64,000 nt of DNA from a virus (Duplodnaviria; Caudoviricetes): positions 1 through 64,000 of the IMG/VR virus record IMGVR_UViG_3300050821_001527; one strand, written 5' to 3'. The position numbers and the translations under genes were made by a program. A model generated the notes under the pieces. That model saw only the letters and a list, made by a program, of their open reading frames with translations, was not told where the DNA came from and did no database searches. This document shows positions 51,992 through 62,790 of the stretch, piece by piece (the stretch's first letter is position 1; every line of letters starts with the position of its first letter).

Positions 51992-54900
51992 ATGGCAGCA
52001 CCCGAGATTCTATTGGCGGTAGGTGGGGATTTAACAGCGTTGAACAACGCTATTGATTCCGCATTGAGTCGTCCAAGGAACTTCAGGGGCATCAACGCCA
52101 ATTCCTTTACCGAACCTCTCGGTAGAATCACTGGAAAAGCCTCCGAATTCTCCAAGTCTATGGAGGCGTCCAACGCCCGTGTTTTGGCGTTCGGTGCTTC
52201 TGCCGGTGCGATTTACGCCGTTCACAAGTCCTTCGAGACTCTCCTGTCCTCGACGATTGAAGTCCAGAAGTCAATGAACCTTTTGGGCACGTTGTTCAAC
52301 GCGAGCAACGCCACGCTCAAGAACTTCTCCAATAGCCTGTTCGACGTGGCCAATCTGACCGGGCAGAGTTTCAGGTCTGCCACGGAAGCCGCCAACACGT
52401 TCGCCCGTCAGGGCTTGAGCGCGGCGGAAACGCTTCGCAGAACCAGAGACGCCCTGATTCTTGCTCGTATCGCCGGTATGGACTTCGGAGATTCGGCGAG
52501 GGTCATTACCACGGCCATTAACTCGTTCAACAAGGAAGCCCTAACAAGCACCGAAATCATCAACGCCTTGAGCGCGGCGGAAACTCACTTCTCCGTCAAC
52601 TCGTCCGACTTGGCTCAAGCCATTTCCCGTGTAGGAACGTCTGCTGAAAACGCGAACGTCACCCTGAACGAAACCATTTCCTTAATTACTAGCGCGGCCC
52701 AAATCACTGGCCGTTCCGGTTCGGTAATCGGTAACTCGTTCAAATCCATCTTCACCCGTCTCGAACGCCCGAAGGTTTTGGAAGACTTACAGCAAATCGG
52801 TGTTACAACCAGAGACGCATCTGGTAATGTTCTTCCGTTGGTTCAGGTTCTCAAGAACTTGGCATCTACCTACGACTTGCTGACCCCAAGCCAGAAGTCA
52901 TTCATCACGGAAGCTGTTGGTGGTGTCTATCAAATTAACACGTTGAAAGCCGTCCTTGGTGACTTGGGAAGCGGCTTTAGTGTCTATGACCGCGTTCTCA
53001 AGACGGTTGAAGGTTCGACTTCATCCGTCATTGACCGTAACAACCAACTCAACGAAACAATTTCCGCGAAGCTCAATGCCACCCTCAACAACCTAATCCA
53101 AGCCGGTTCCAAGGTTGGAAACTTGGTTATTGCACCTTCGCTCGGCAAGGGAGCCGATTTGGGCGCGAACTGGATGAAGGGTATTTCGGAAGCCATTGAT
53201 TCAAAGTCCTTGGGCGGAGATTTGGCGCGTGGGCTGCTCAAGGGTCTTGGAGACGTTATCAGCGGGCCGGGAGTCCAGTTTATTACGTTTGCCATGCTCA
53301 AGTTGTTCCAGAACCTTGCGACGTTCGCGGCCAAGTCTGTTGGAGAATTCACCGGGGTTTCCACAAAGGCGAAGGAACTTGAACTTACTCAGGTTCAGGT
53401 CTTGCAGCAGTTGCTCCAACAGCCAAAGGTCTTGGAGTCCATCAAGACTGGGACGATGACGGTTGACCAAGCCGCCAAGCAAGTTTTCAGAGATATTCAG
53501 GCGCAGAATTCCGCCTTGGAAGCCCAGTTGGGACTTGCGCGTTTGATTGCCAAAACGGGCATGACTGGCGGCGTGTCTGTTCAGGGAACCAAGTATAGGG
53601 CCGCTTCGGGTTATGTTCCGAGTTTCTTTGACGAGTTCGCTATGGAAGAAGCCCACGCCAAGTCCTTGGGTGCGGCGGCTCCTAGAGCGCACTTCGGCAA
53701 GGGAACCATTGGTGGCCGCAAATTTATTATGAACTCTCAGGAGACTGAGATTCCTAATTTTGGCTCCAACGGAGACTCGGCGGTTATACCGAACTACTCG
53801 AAGGGCTTTGTTCCTAATCTCGCTGTTGGCCGCGAAGACATCTTGACATCCAGAGATAAGCTTAGAAAGCACACCGGCAGAGTCGCCAGCTTGTTTGTCG
53901 CTGAAAAGGGTGCGAGGGAATACGGCGAATTCTACAACGTATTCCGCTACTCCGATAAGGAAAAGGTCAACTTCCTGCCGGAAATCGAAAAGTTCGTATC
54001 AGAAAGAACGGACAAGGCACCAATTCCTACCGGGGGAAGGGGAGCTATGTCTGCTTTGGCGGGCGTCATCTTTGAAGCTCTAATCAGAAAAAAGGCCCAA
54101 ATCGGAAACGTCGAAGACGCTAACTTCGACATTCCAAGTGTTAGGGCTGTCAAGAAAAACCTGACTCCATTTTTCGGAGATTCCGTTGATGGCGGGTTGC
54201 TGGATGCCGGTGACTTCAAAATTTCCGACTCGGTTCGCGCCAGAAAGAGCCTAGAAAAGAAAATCATCAACAGACTCGATTCCATGCCTAACATGAAGGC
54301 GGAAGGTCACTACCCTGATTCCGCTTACGGGCCATACGGAAAGACAATCACCAACGCTTCTTCCCAAGGTCTTCCGGGTATGCTCGAAGGCGCGGAATTC
54401 ATCGGCAGCGGAGTCCAAGGGGTTGTATATAAATACACTCTGCCAAGCGGCAAACAGAAGATTGTCAAAATTCCTAGAAAGCAGGAAGATGTTGGCCGTC
54501 TGCATGACGATGTAAGAAAGCAGAGGGCGTTCTATGGCTCCTCCCCTGACCTTGGAGGATATGTTAATCCGAACAAGCCATCCCTTTACCTAAACTACGG
54601 AGACTACAAAGAAGGCAGAGGAGCCGGTATTTCCGAATTGGAAATGCTGACAGGTGAAAAAAGGGTCAACGGCCTGCACAATCAGCAGGAGAGCAGCCTA
54701 CATCAGTCGTTCATGGGACGCCTAAAGGGTAATCCTAACGCGGAAGCCATCGCAAGTAGGGCTACCCGCATGACTCTATCAGATGTGAAGCGTAACTTCT
54801 CCAAGTATAACAAGGTTTACAGCAAACAGGGCAGGGGATTTTACTATGGCCGTAATGGGGCGGTAGGAAACTATACCCTCAATAATCTTCATCCAGCCAT

Positions 54901-57900
54901 CACTCCAAGCGGATTGATTTTCAAGGACTATGTTGAATCCAACGGCCAGAATTTAATTAAGGGACACTTGCTTGATGGGGTCGCCAAGGCGTATTCAAAC
55001 GTAGGTGGATACCCGGACATGATTCGCGGTATCAGGGAGAGTTACGTCAACCCGAACAATGGTCAAGTTTCCGTTTACGACTTTGCTGACGGATATATTC
55101 CAAGGTCTGACCTTTACAGTCTGCCTTGGAGACAGCGTGTGCGCGGCCATGACCGCCCGGTTCCTCCTACTGAAACCGCCGACAGATTCAGGGAGTATGA
55201 AACATATCTCTTGCAGGCCGGTTTGCCGAAACTGGGCTTTGAAGGAGTCCACGACCTAAACTCGGTTTTGGGAACAAATTCCAGAGCGGACTTCTTTGCC
55301 CGCCGAAGCGGAGTCCCTCACATCGTTGACGCCAAGGGTGGCTACAATGACGCCCAGCCTAGCGACATTGCTGCCAAGGAAGAAAGCTTCGCCATGCTCA
55401 AGCAGAATCCGAAGTTCTTGTCATTTCTCCGCAGCCAAGGCATCGTAAACCCGGACGAAGTTCGTGAAGCCATCGTGTTCGGAAACATGGGACACGGGCA
55501 GCGCAAGAAGCTGGCGGAAACTGGCAAGTTGATGATGGCCAATGGCTTCATGCCGAATCTTGCGGGTCTTTCATTCCAGCAATCCTTCGATAAGGAGTTC
55601 GGCATCACTAAACTCACCGGGACAATGGGTGGGAAAACAGTCGGTGACATTGAATACAGCGGCAACGATGAAAAGGAAATCGAAGGCTTTGAAATCAACA
55701 AGGCATTTCGTGGAAAGGGACTGGCCAAGAAGTTCTACAAGGCTTTGGGCAGAGGTCGCGTATCGGGAACCCTTCTTCCTCAATTCGGCAATAATGGAAA
55801 TGCGTTCTTCCCTCAGTTGTCCCGCGCTAGAATGGCAAAGTCTGCAACGGTGCAGGGGTTTGACGGCTCGGAAATGACTGTTGCCCAATTCGAGAAGCTT
55901 GTCCAGATGAACTCTGGTAATCAGGGCTTCTGGAATGATAACTCTTTTAACTTAATCTCTCACCACGCTCAGGGGTTCGTCCCGAACTTGGTTGACCCCG
56001 GATATATTTCCTCCACCTTGGAAAGAATCAAGAATGGAACCAGTGGTTTCTCTGACGCGGAGAAGGCGATGTTCCTAAAGAAGTTCGCTGGAAAAACCGG
56101 AGCCTTGGGTTCTCCGTTTGGTGTGGATATTTTGGGAATTGATGATTTGCCGCCGATGGTTCCTTTCTGGATTCAGAACGCAGCACGTAAGAAGTATGGG
56201 AAGGATGCCTATGTCAGTGTCCAGCCGCATTTGGCTGAAAAACTTCGTGCCGCCATAAAGCAAGACCCAAGCATTGTTCATAATTTCAGTGCATTGGAGG
56301 GGTTGTTCAGCGGCGGCATCGCGGCGACCTCGTTCGCGCAAGGATTCGTTCCGAACTTCTCCAACCCGCTCACTTCCGCCATCAATAGGGAAAGAGCGGC
56401 TGGATACAGTTCTTCCCAAATCCGCGTTGGGCATGATTCCGCATTGGTTAGCGCGATGAACCCGGATGGAGTTGGTGTTTATAACTCTACAGAAGGCTCT
56501 CTCTCGAACGGTATTGGCCTTGCTCGTCGCGCCGGTATTGACCCTAAGACAAAGGGCATGGCCAAGGGTAACATCCCTAACTTCGCCGATGTTGGAACTT
56601 CGATGGCTTTGGGAGGAATGCAGTTCTTGTTGGCTATTCCTCTTATCAGCGGTGCATTGCAGAAAATGACTTCTCCGTCGAAGCAGGCTGCGGAAGCTAT
56701 GGAGAAGCTTGAGGGAAGAATCACGAAGCTTACAAAGGTAAGTGCCCAATACGACAGTCGCTTGGAAAAGACCAATCAGTCTTACGAAATCACGATGAAG
56801 GCTATTGATGGTCTTTATCAGAAAGCGGCTAAGACGGGATACCTGAGTGGGGCCGAAGTATCCGCGCTAACAATGCTCGAAGGTAAGGCGGCGAAGGAAG
56901 AAGGGGCCATGAAGTTGTATGCCTCTGGAAAATCCAGAGCGGAATTGCAAAAGACCACTTCCCTAAGCGAGTTAATCTCAGAGCAGAAGAAAACTACGTT
57001 CGGACAAAAACTCTTTGGTGGAGAAAATTACGAAAAGACCTTCGCTGGCAAAGCCCAAGGATTCGGCTTGGTAGCGGGCATGGGTGCGGGAATAGGGATG
57101 AATGTCGCTGGTGAAATGATTGGCGGCGACAAGGGTAAGGCTCTTGGCGAATTTGGTTCAACCATTCAGACGGCAGGGCAAGTTATGGCTACAATCCCCG
57201 GCCCAGCAGGGCTTGTAGCGGGTGCCCTTGTGGTGATGAAAGGAGCGATTGATTTCGCTGATAAGGCCGCATGGGGATTCGCAGAGAAGATTAAGGACGC
57301 CGCGCAGGAGAAATTGACCGGCATTGATAACATGGATGCTGCGTCAAACGGACTTGCCCAAGCGATGTCGAATTACCAAACTTTACTTGACGACTCCCAC
57401 GCCACGAATACCGCATTATTGAAGGCTCAAGAGAAATACAAGACAGCCTTGAATAATTTCGTCGCAAGCGGATTTTCCAAAGACGACATTACGAAGGTCA
57501 CCGGTGCTGGAACAATGTCCGAACGACAAGCCGCGCTCCAAGAGCTTAACGAAAAAAATGCCAGAGAGAAGGAGAAGCAGACGACGATTTCCCAATCTGC
57601 GGATTTGGCAGAATCCATTGCAATCAATACTAAGAAGGATAACGTATTCAATCAATCTCTTTTTTCTTGGGGAGGAATGGGGAATTTTATATCGGGAAGG
57701 AAGGATATAGACGGCATTGAATCTTTGTGGAGCGGCAAAGCCGGGAAAAGTATCTTTGATGAGAAGTTCTCCAAAGAAGGTGGTGGCAATAACCTCCTCA
57801 CGAAGATGACTCAAGAGGCTATGGATAGCGGGGATTCCAAAGGATATATCGCGGATATGAAGGAGAAGGGCGTCCTTGATGACCAATCCGCTGGAATTCT

Positions 57901-59467
57901 ATCCAGAAACATACAAGCAACCAAAAAATATGTCACCGCTGCCGAAGAAATGGGCAAAATTATAGACCAGAACGTCGGGCAGCAGAGGGCGCAGCAACAG
58001 TCAATGGAACGCTACGCCCAAGGTCTAAAGCAACTCCAAAACGAATTGAGGACATTCGCGGGTGACGCGTTCTTCAAGCAGATGGACAATATTTCCGAGA
58101 GAATGAAAAGCGGAGCGAACGCTCGTCACGGTGATGCGGAAATTGCCGGGGCTTTGGCTTTAAGCTTGACAAAGGGCGGTGGGGTAAACAGAAACGGCAT
58201 CATTATGAACTCGGACGAGAAGGCTCTGACCGAGATTGATAACACGATGGCTAAAATTGGGGCCGACATGGATGTCGCGCTATCTGGCGTCAACGCCAAT
58301 TTCACCAAGGGTTTGACGGACTTGGTTAAGGGGGAATTCGCGGGGGCCAAGGGTGGGGCTAATGGAAACAATCAAGCTACATTCACAAACGAGCAATACA
58401 ACACTTCCGCTCAAATCATCAATCAGATTACCCAAGACCTTTTCAAGAATGGAAAGCTTAACGGCAGCGCGGAACAGACTCGCGGAACAATCGCCAACGC
58501 CATAGATGCAAGAGGCAGGGTGCTTCAAGGTGCTGACCCCGGCATCAGCGCGTTGTTGAGACAGTCCGCGAACTCATTGGTTGGTTCCAAGGGGCAAGAG
58601 CTAATCCAACAGCAGTTGCTCGAAACACAGAAGGTATCCACCGAATATTTGGAGCAGACTGCCAAGGCTACAATCGAGTCCAAGGACAAGTTGCAGCAGA
58701 TGATTAACCAGAGAATCCTTGCTGCGGGCGGGGGTGTAAGCTCGTTCACTCAGGATTTCGGAGCTTCCTATAGGAGAAGCCTCAGACAAGACATCAGCGA
58801 GTCTCGCTCTGGTGTCCCAGAAATGGCCGGTGTCGGCGCAATCAACTTCCTCAAGAAAGCCAAAAACGACTTGGGTATTGGCGAAGGGGACGCTTTGTTC
58901 ACGGACATGAAGGCCAAGGCTATTACCGGAGTCGAATCCGAACTCAAGAAAACCTATGGGGTTTACGCAAGACAGGGCTATAATACTCCGTCGGATGCAG
59001 GCATCCATGATATTGCCAGCAGACAAGTAGAGAACGAAGTCGGCGGGGCGTCGGTGAACGAACTGATGCAAAAGGGCAACGACTTGCAGGATAAGGCGAA
59101 TGGCTACTTGGTTCAGATTTTGGAAAGAAACGGCATGGCTAGTGACCAAACCAGTCGCATAAAGCTTCAAAATGACTTGTTCACCGGCAAGGGTATCACG
59201 TCGTTCCAGAACCAGTCGAACGTGGCGATAGACTCTCAGGTTACGAGGTCTATTGATTACGCATCCATGCAAATGATGATGGTGGCTGGCAAGATTGAAA
59301 AGGCGTCGGAAAATCTCAAGTCTCTCAAGGGAGAAATTGACATTACGATTACGCAAATTAAAGAAAACGACCCAGCGGGCAAGCGCACGACAAGACAGAG
59401 CGCGATTCTCGAATCGGTAAAATCCGCTCAGACTAAGGCACCGTCTGACGTATATCAGAACATGTAA
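51992..59467 (+). CDS. tape measure protein (TP901-like N-terminus) with internal enzyme-like cargo cassette
   Basis: LGRITGKASEFSKSMEASNARVLAFGAS; A..FARQGL..SGSVIGNSFKSIFTRL; TM helices; 2491 aa. Confidence 0.9.
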   Translation: MAAPEILLAVGGDLTALNNAIDSALSRPRNFRGINANSFTEPLGRITGKASEFSKSMEASNARVLAFGASAGAIYAVHKSFETLLSSTIEVQKSMNLLGTLFNASNATLKNFSNSLFDVANLTGQSFRSATEAANTFARQGLSAAETLRRTRDALILARIAGMDFGDSARVITTAINSFNKEALTSTEIINALSAAETHFSVNSSDLAQAISRVGTSAENANVTLNETISLITSAAQITGRSGSVIGNSFKSIFTRLERPKVLEDLQQIGVTTRDASGNVLPLVQVLKNLASTYDLLTPSQKSFITEAVGGVYQINTLKAVLGDLGSGFSVYDRVLKTVEGSTSSVIDRNNQLNETISAKLNATLNNLIQAGSKVGNLVIAPSLGKGADLGANWMKGISEAIDSKSLGGDLARGLLKGLGDVISGPGVQFITFAMLKLFQNLATFAAKSVGEFTGVSTKAKELELTQVQVLQQLLQQPKVLESIKTGTMTVDQAAKQVFRDIQAQNSALEAQLGLARLIAKTGMTGGVSVQGTKYRAASGYVPSFFDEFAMEEAHAKSLGAAAPRAHFGKGTIGGRKFIMNSQETEIPNFGSNGDSAVIPNYSKGFVPNLAVGREDILTSRDKLRKHTGRVASLFVAEKGAREYGEFYNVFRYSDKEKVNFLPEIEKFVSERTDKAPIPTGGRGAMSALAGVIFEALIRKKAQIGNVEDANFDIPSVRAVKKNLTPFFGDSVDGGLLDAGDFKISDSVRARKSLEKKIINRLDSMPNMKAEGHYPDSAYGPYGKTITNASSQGLPGMLEGAEFIGSGVQGVVYKYTLPSGKQKIVKIPRKQEDVGRLHDDVRKQRAFYGSSPDLGGYVNPNKPSLYLNYGDYKEGRGAGISELEMLTGEKRVNGLHNQQESSLHQSFMGRLKGNPNAEAIASRATRMTLSDVKRNFSKYNKVYSKQGRGFYYGRNGAVGNYTLNNLHPAITPSGLIFKDYVESNGQNLIKGHLLDGVAKAYSNVGGYPDMIRGIRESYVNPNNGQVSVYDFADGYIPRSDLYSLPWRQRVRGHDRPVPPTETADRFREYETYLLQAGLPKLGFEGVHDLNSVLGTNSRADFFARRSGVPHIVDAKGGYNDAQPSDIAAKEESFAMLKQNPKFLSFLRSQGIVNPDEVREAIVFGNMGHGQRKKLAETGKLMMANGFMPNLAGLSFQQSFDKEFGITKLTGTMGGKTVGDIEYSGNDEKEIEGFEINKAFRGKGLAKKFYKALGRGRVSGTLLPQFGNNGNAFFPQLSRARMAKSATVQGFDGSEMTVAQFEKLVQMNSGNQGFWNDNSFNLISHHAQGFVPNLVDPGYISSTLERIKNGTSGFSDAEKAMFLKKFAGKTGALGSPFGVDILGIDDLPPMVPFWIQNAARKKYGKDAYVSVQPHLAEKLRAAIKQDPSIVHNFSALEGLFSGGIAATSFAQGFVPNFSNPLTSAINRERAAGYSSSQIRVGHDSALVSAMNPDGVGVYNSTEGSLSNGIGLARRAGIDPKTKGMAKGNIPNFADVGTSMALGGMQFLLAIPLISGALQKMTSPSKQAAEAMEKLEGRITKLTKVSAQYDSRLEKTNQSYEITMKAIDGLYQKAAKTGYLSGAEVSALTMLEGKAAKEEGAMKLYASGKSRAELQKTTSLSELISEQKKTTFGQKLFGGENYEKTFAGKAQGFGLVAGMGAGIGMNVAGEMIGGDKGKALGEFGSTIQTAGQVMATIPGPAGLVAGALVVMKGAIDFADKAAWGFAEKIKDAAQEKLTGIDNMDAASNGLAQAMSNYQTLLDDSHATNTALLKAQEKYKTALNNFVASGFSKDDITKVTGAGTMSERQAALQELNEKNAREKEKQTTISQSADLAESIAINTKKDNVFNQSLFSWGGMGNFISGRKDIDGIESLWSGKAGKSIFDEKFSKEGGGNNLLTKMTQEAMDSGDSKGYIADMKEKGVLDDQSAGILSRNIQATKKYVTAAEEMGKIIDQNVGQQRAQQQSMERYAQGLKQLQNELRTFAGDAFFKQMDNISERMKSGANARHGDAEIAGALALSLTKGGGVNRNGIIMNSDEKALTEIDNTMAKIGADMDVALSGVNANFTKGLTDLVKGEFAGAKGGANGNNQATFTNEQYNTSAQIINQITQDLFKNGKLNGSAEQTRGTIANAIDARGRVLQGADPGISALLRQSANSLVGSKGQELIQQQLLETQKVSTEYLEQTAKATIESKDKLQQMINQRILAAGGGVSSFTQDFGASYRRSLRQDISESRSGVPEMAGVGAINFLKKAKNDLGIGEGDALFTDMKAKAITGVESELKKTYGVYARQGYNTPSDAGIHDIASRQVENEVGGASVNELMQKGNDLQDKANGYLVQILERNGMASDQTSRIKLQNDLFTGKGITSFQNQSNVAIDSQVTRSIDYASMQMMMVAGKIEKASENLKSLKGEIDITITQIKENDPAGKRTTRQSAILESVKSAQTKAPSDVYQNM

Positions 59468-59469
59468 TT

Positions 59470-61131
59470 ATGTCGAACGTAGTAAATAGGGAAGGTTTAA
59501 ACCTAGAACTACTCGGATACACTTCAAAAAGGGAGTATTTCGGGGGCGAATCCGTCGTGTTCAGAAGGGTCGAAGCCTACGTATATGATTACGTCACCAC
59601 TGACCTTGCCAATTACGCCAGCGGACTAAGCCCGTTGATAGCTTCCGGTATCAGCGGACAGATAGCCAATTTCTCGGGTGATGTAACTATTCGCGGACTG
59701 GATATTCCAAATTCCTATGACTCATTGGAAGAACAAATCCGCACAGCCCGATATAAGATTACTGTTGAAGTCAGAACGTCCATCGGCTCGGGGGACTCGA
59801 ATTATTACACTGGGCTGAATTACATCACTCAATCCGGGTTTGCGGCTCTTGATGGGTTTAGCGAAAGTTTCGATTTCGAGAATGCGGAAGACGCCCAAAA
59901 GCTCAACCACTCCATCAGCTTCTCCCTAAGAACCGGGGACATGGGATTCGCGCAAGCCTTGGCTTCTGGACTCATGCAGGAATCTGAGCCGCAGAATCTC
60001 GGAATCGGAGTTTTGTCTGGATACCTTGGGCAATACAATGATGCTAGTTCAGAGAACTACTACACGGAAGCTTATGATACTTTCAAGAACACGTATTCCT
60101 TCAAGAAGACCAAAAACCTTTACAAGATTACCGGGGTTGGTTTTACCTTCGATACCAACACCCGATACGAGTTCAATGATGGCATCAGCACCGTCATAGA
60201 CGAAATCAAAGTCAGGGGGAAACAGAATTTTACTCAGGCTTCTGACGGACTTAATGCCCTCATTGGTTCTTCCGAGTCAAGATGCGCTGATGTCTATGGG
60301 GCGTATCAGGGATTCTCCAATCTGGATGGAGCCGGGACTCTATTCTCTACGCCTTTGAAAAAGGTTCTCAAGTATAACCAGCAGGCTCTCGCTGCCGAAG
60401 CCTCGTTGACCTTTACGGACAATCCTCTCTACGCCAACGACTACAAACTAGACGAGGTTATGAATTTGACGGTTGACCAAAACGGTATTGTCAAGGTCAC
60501 TGATGACTATACCATGACCCTGCTGGATTTCGTGGACTCGGACATGGCTTCCACACATAAGGACGAGTTTAATAACGCCACGAGGTCTGACTTCAGCCAA
60601 ACCCAGTCTAATAAATTTTACGCAAGCTTTCTATATGGGCGTTCCCTGTATCCTGTCGGGCTGACCAAGAAACTGCCTTTGAGAAAAAGGGTTTTCACAG
60701 CGAATTACGAATATTCTGATGACCCGAGATATGGAGTAACTTTGACTTCCATTAGCGGGGCCACGAAAACGTTCCCGAACGTGGATATGAAGTTGACGGA
60801 AACTGCACCGAAGGATTCTCTGACTGAATACAAGGTCATCAACAAGCCTGAAACTTTGGTGAACTATGCCTATCAGCAGGTTCCCGGTTCCAAAACAATG
60901 TCAATCACCGCCATACGCACAAGGCCGGATGGCAACCAGTTAGTGTCACTGGATGTCCCGGTCACGGAAGTCCAGTGCTTGTATGCCACGGCGTTAAACA
61001 AAATCAGTCAGACTTTTGAGAACTTTAATGGCCTGAACTATTTTTTATCGAACGTGGTCGTCAACCTGAATTCGGAAAATAAGTTGGAACTGAACGCGAC
61101 GGTGAGCTACACTAAGAAGAAGTATGTCTAA
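59470..61131 (+). CDS. distal tail/baseplate structural protein
   Basis: follows TMP; beta-rich, Ser/Thr/Tyr-rich. Confidence 0.55.
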   Translation: MSNVVNREGLNLELLGYTSKREYFGGESVVFRRVEAYVYDYVTTDLANYASGLSPLIASGISGQIANFSGDVTIRGLDIPNSYDSLEEQIRTARYKITVEVRTSIGSGDSNYYTGLNYITQSGFAALDGFSESFDFENAEDAQKLNHSISFSLRTGDMGFAQALASGLMQESEPQNLGIGVLSGYLGQYNDASSENYYTEAYDTFKNTYSFKKTKNLYKITGVGFTFDTNTRYEFNDGISTVIDEIKVRGKQNFTQASDGLNALIGSSESRCADVYGAYQGFSNLDGAGTLFSTPLKKVLKYNQQALAAEASLTFTDNPLYANDYKLDEVMNLTVDQNGIVKVTDDYTMTLLDFVDSDMASTHKDEFNNATRSDFSQTQSNKFYASFLYGRSLYPVGLTKKLPLRKRVFTANYEYSDDPRYGVTLTSISGATKTFPNVDMKLTETAPKDSLTEYKVINKPETLVNYAYQQVPGSKTMSITAIRTRPDGNQLVSLDVPVTEVQCLYATALNKISQTFENFNGLNYFLSNVVVNLNSENKLELNATVSYTKKKYV

Positions 61132-62752
61132 GGGAAACGTCCAAGTCATCTATAATGGCAACGTGATTTCGCCCACTCCGTTCGTGAGCAGGGTGGAAAA
61201 CGCGATTGACTATGGGCATCGCTGGGGCGTGTCGGACGCCATTACGCTCAAAGGTCTGTATCCGACCAGCGGCTTAATTAGCGGTGTGATTCCCCAATTC
61301 CTAAACCTGTTCTCAGGAGACTTCGCCAGATTCTCAGTTATAGACACGGGAGAGCATGTCACGGTCTTGGACTACCCGCACGTCATTCTTGAGGAAATTT
61401 CTTTTGACTCGAACCATTTCTTTCCAAACACCTATGTCCCATACACGGTGAAGCTGAAGAATATCAATGTCCCAAGCGGTGTTACCGAACCCGTAAACGA
61501 ATATTCGTTCGTTCAAAACGAAGACGGAACCGTTACTGTAAACCACAGGGTTTCCGCCAAAGGTGTTGTAACGAGCGACTCTTTTGATTCGGCGTTACAG
61601 AATGCGGTAACATTTGTTTCGGCTTTTACGGGATTTCTACCATTCAATCCGGTGTTTGTAAGTTTTGGTTCTGGTGTTCTGCTTTCCCAGTCCGAATCTT
61701 TGGATAGACTTACATCTGTTTACTCCGTGGCGGAAGTCTTCAAGTATAATTCGGGAGAAAGCCTTCCTTATGTTTACACTCACAGTTTGGATATAGACGA
61801 ATCGCCGGATTCGGACTATGTGACTATGAGCCTGAAATACAATCGCCAAGGTTCGTCAATCACGTCAAATTTGGAAGCCTTGAGGGTCGGGCTTGAGGGG
61901 TTTGATGTTGTTGGATTTCTTTCGTCACAATACGGAATCGGGAACGCCGACTGCTATATCAACAACCTGAATGTTGTTGAATCTTCCGGCAAAAACAACA
62001 TCCAGATTAACGCGAGCATCGTATCCGGGGTCGGCGATGAATTCAACGGGTTTTTCGATTTCGACTTGGATATGAGATGGGATAGGGTGATGGATGTAAA
62101 GCAGTTTTCTTTAAATGGAAAATTCATCAGCAAGGCTCCAATCTCTTTGAGGAAGACTTTCCTTAACACGTTCAAGACAAACGTTACCACCGCCTATGGT
62201 GATTATCGTAACTACGTCTATTCCTTGATTACGGGCGAGAGTCCTAACATGGGCGTTTCTCTGAGAAGTTTAAACCCGATTCCTACATCCCTCAGTATCA
62301 ACGAGAACACGGGACTTGCAGAATTGTCCATCACGGCCACGTTCAATGACAAGGACTTCTTGGATGGGATTGGCGAGTCGTCCTTCAACGCGAGCTTTGA
62401 TGTCCCGAAAAACATCTACGAATTTAAGCCGTCCGCGAACATCGAAGGAAACTACATCATTCAGGACTTGCAGACCAACACCCGAGAAACCTTGAAACTC
62501 ACGTCGAGCTTCAAGACCACGGGAAACATGGATTACGCGCTTTCAAATGGGCCGCAAGTTCTCACCCAAATCGGAAATCAAGTATTGAGCAATTTCTTCC
62601 TGACCGAAAGCGGGTTCAGCACGGGGGTCTTTGACTTGGACATCAATGCCTCTTACCTAAACAGCGGCAGCGTATTCGGACTTGACACCAGATACTATCT
62701 TTCCTCGAACCCTAGCTCGATTAGGCCACCGGGATACAAGTATGGTCTGTAA
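61124..62752 (+). CDS. distal tail/baseplate structural protein
   Basis: similar size and composition to the upstream gene. Confidence 0.55.
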   Translation: MSKGNVQVIYNGNVISPTPFVSRVENAIDYGHRWGVSDAITLKGLYPTSGLISGVIPQFLNLFSGDFARFSVIDTGEHVTVLDYPHVILEEISFDSNHFFPNTYVPYTVKLKNINVPSGVTEPVNEYSFVQNEDGTVTVNHRVSAKGVVTSDSFDSALQNAVTFVSAFTGFLPFNPVFVSFGSGVLLSQSESLDRLTSVYSVAEVFKYNSGESLPYVYTHSLDIDESPDSDYVTMSLKYNRQGSSITSNLEALRVGLEGFDVVGFLSSQYGIGNADCYINNLNVVESSGKNNIQINASIVSGVGDEFNGFFDFDLDMRWDRVMDVKQFSLNGKFISKAPISLRKTFLNTFKTNVTTAYGDYRNYVYSLITGESPNMGVSLRSLNPIPTSLSINENTGLAELSITATFNDKDFLDGIGESSFNASFDVPKNIYEFKPSANIEGNYIIQDLQTNTRETLKLTSSFKTTGNMDYALSNGPQVLTQIGNQVLSNFFLTESGFSTGVFDLDINASYLNSGSVFGLDTRYYLSSNPSSIRPPGYKYGL

Positions 62753-62790
62753 AGGGCCGAATGCGTGTAATATACTGAGAGGTTTGAGGC

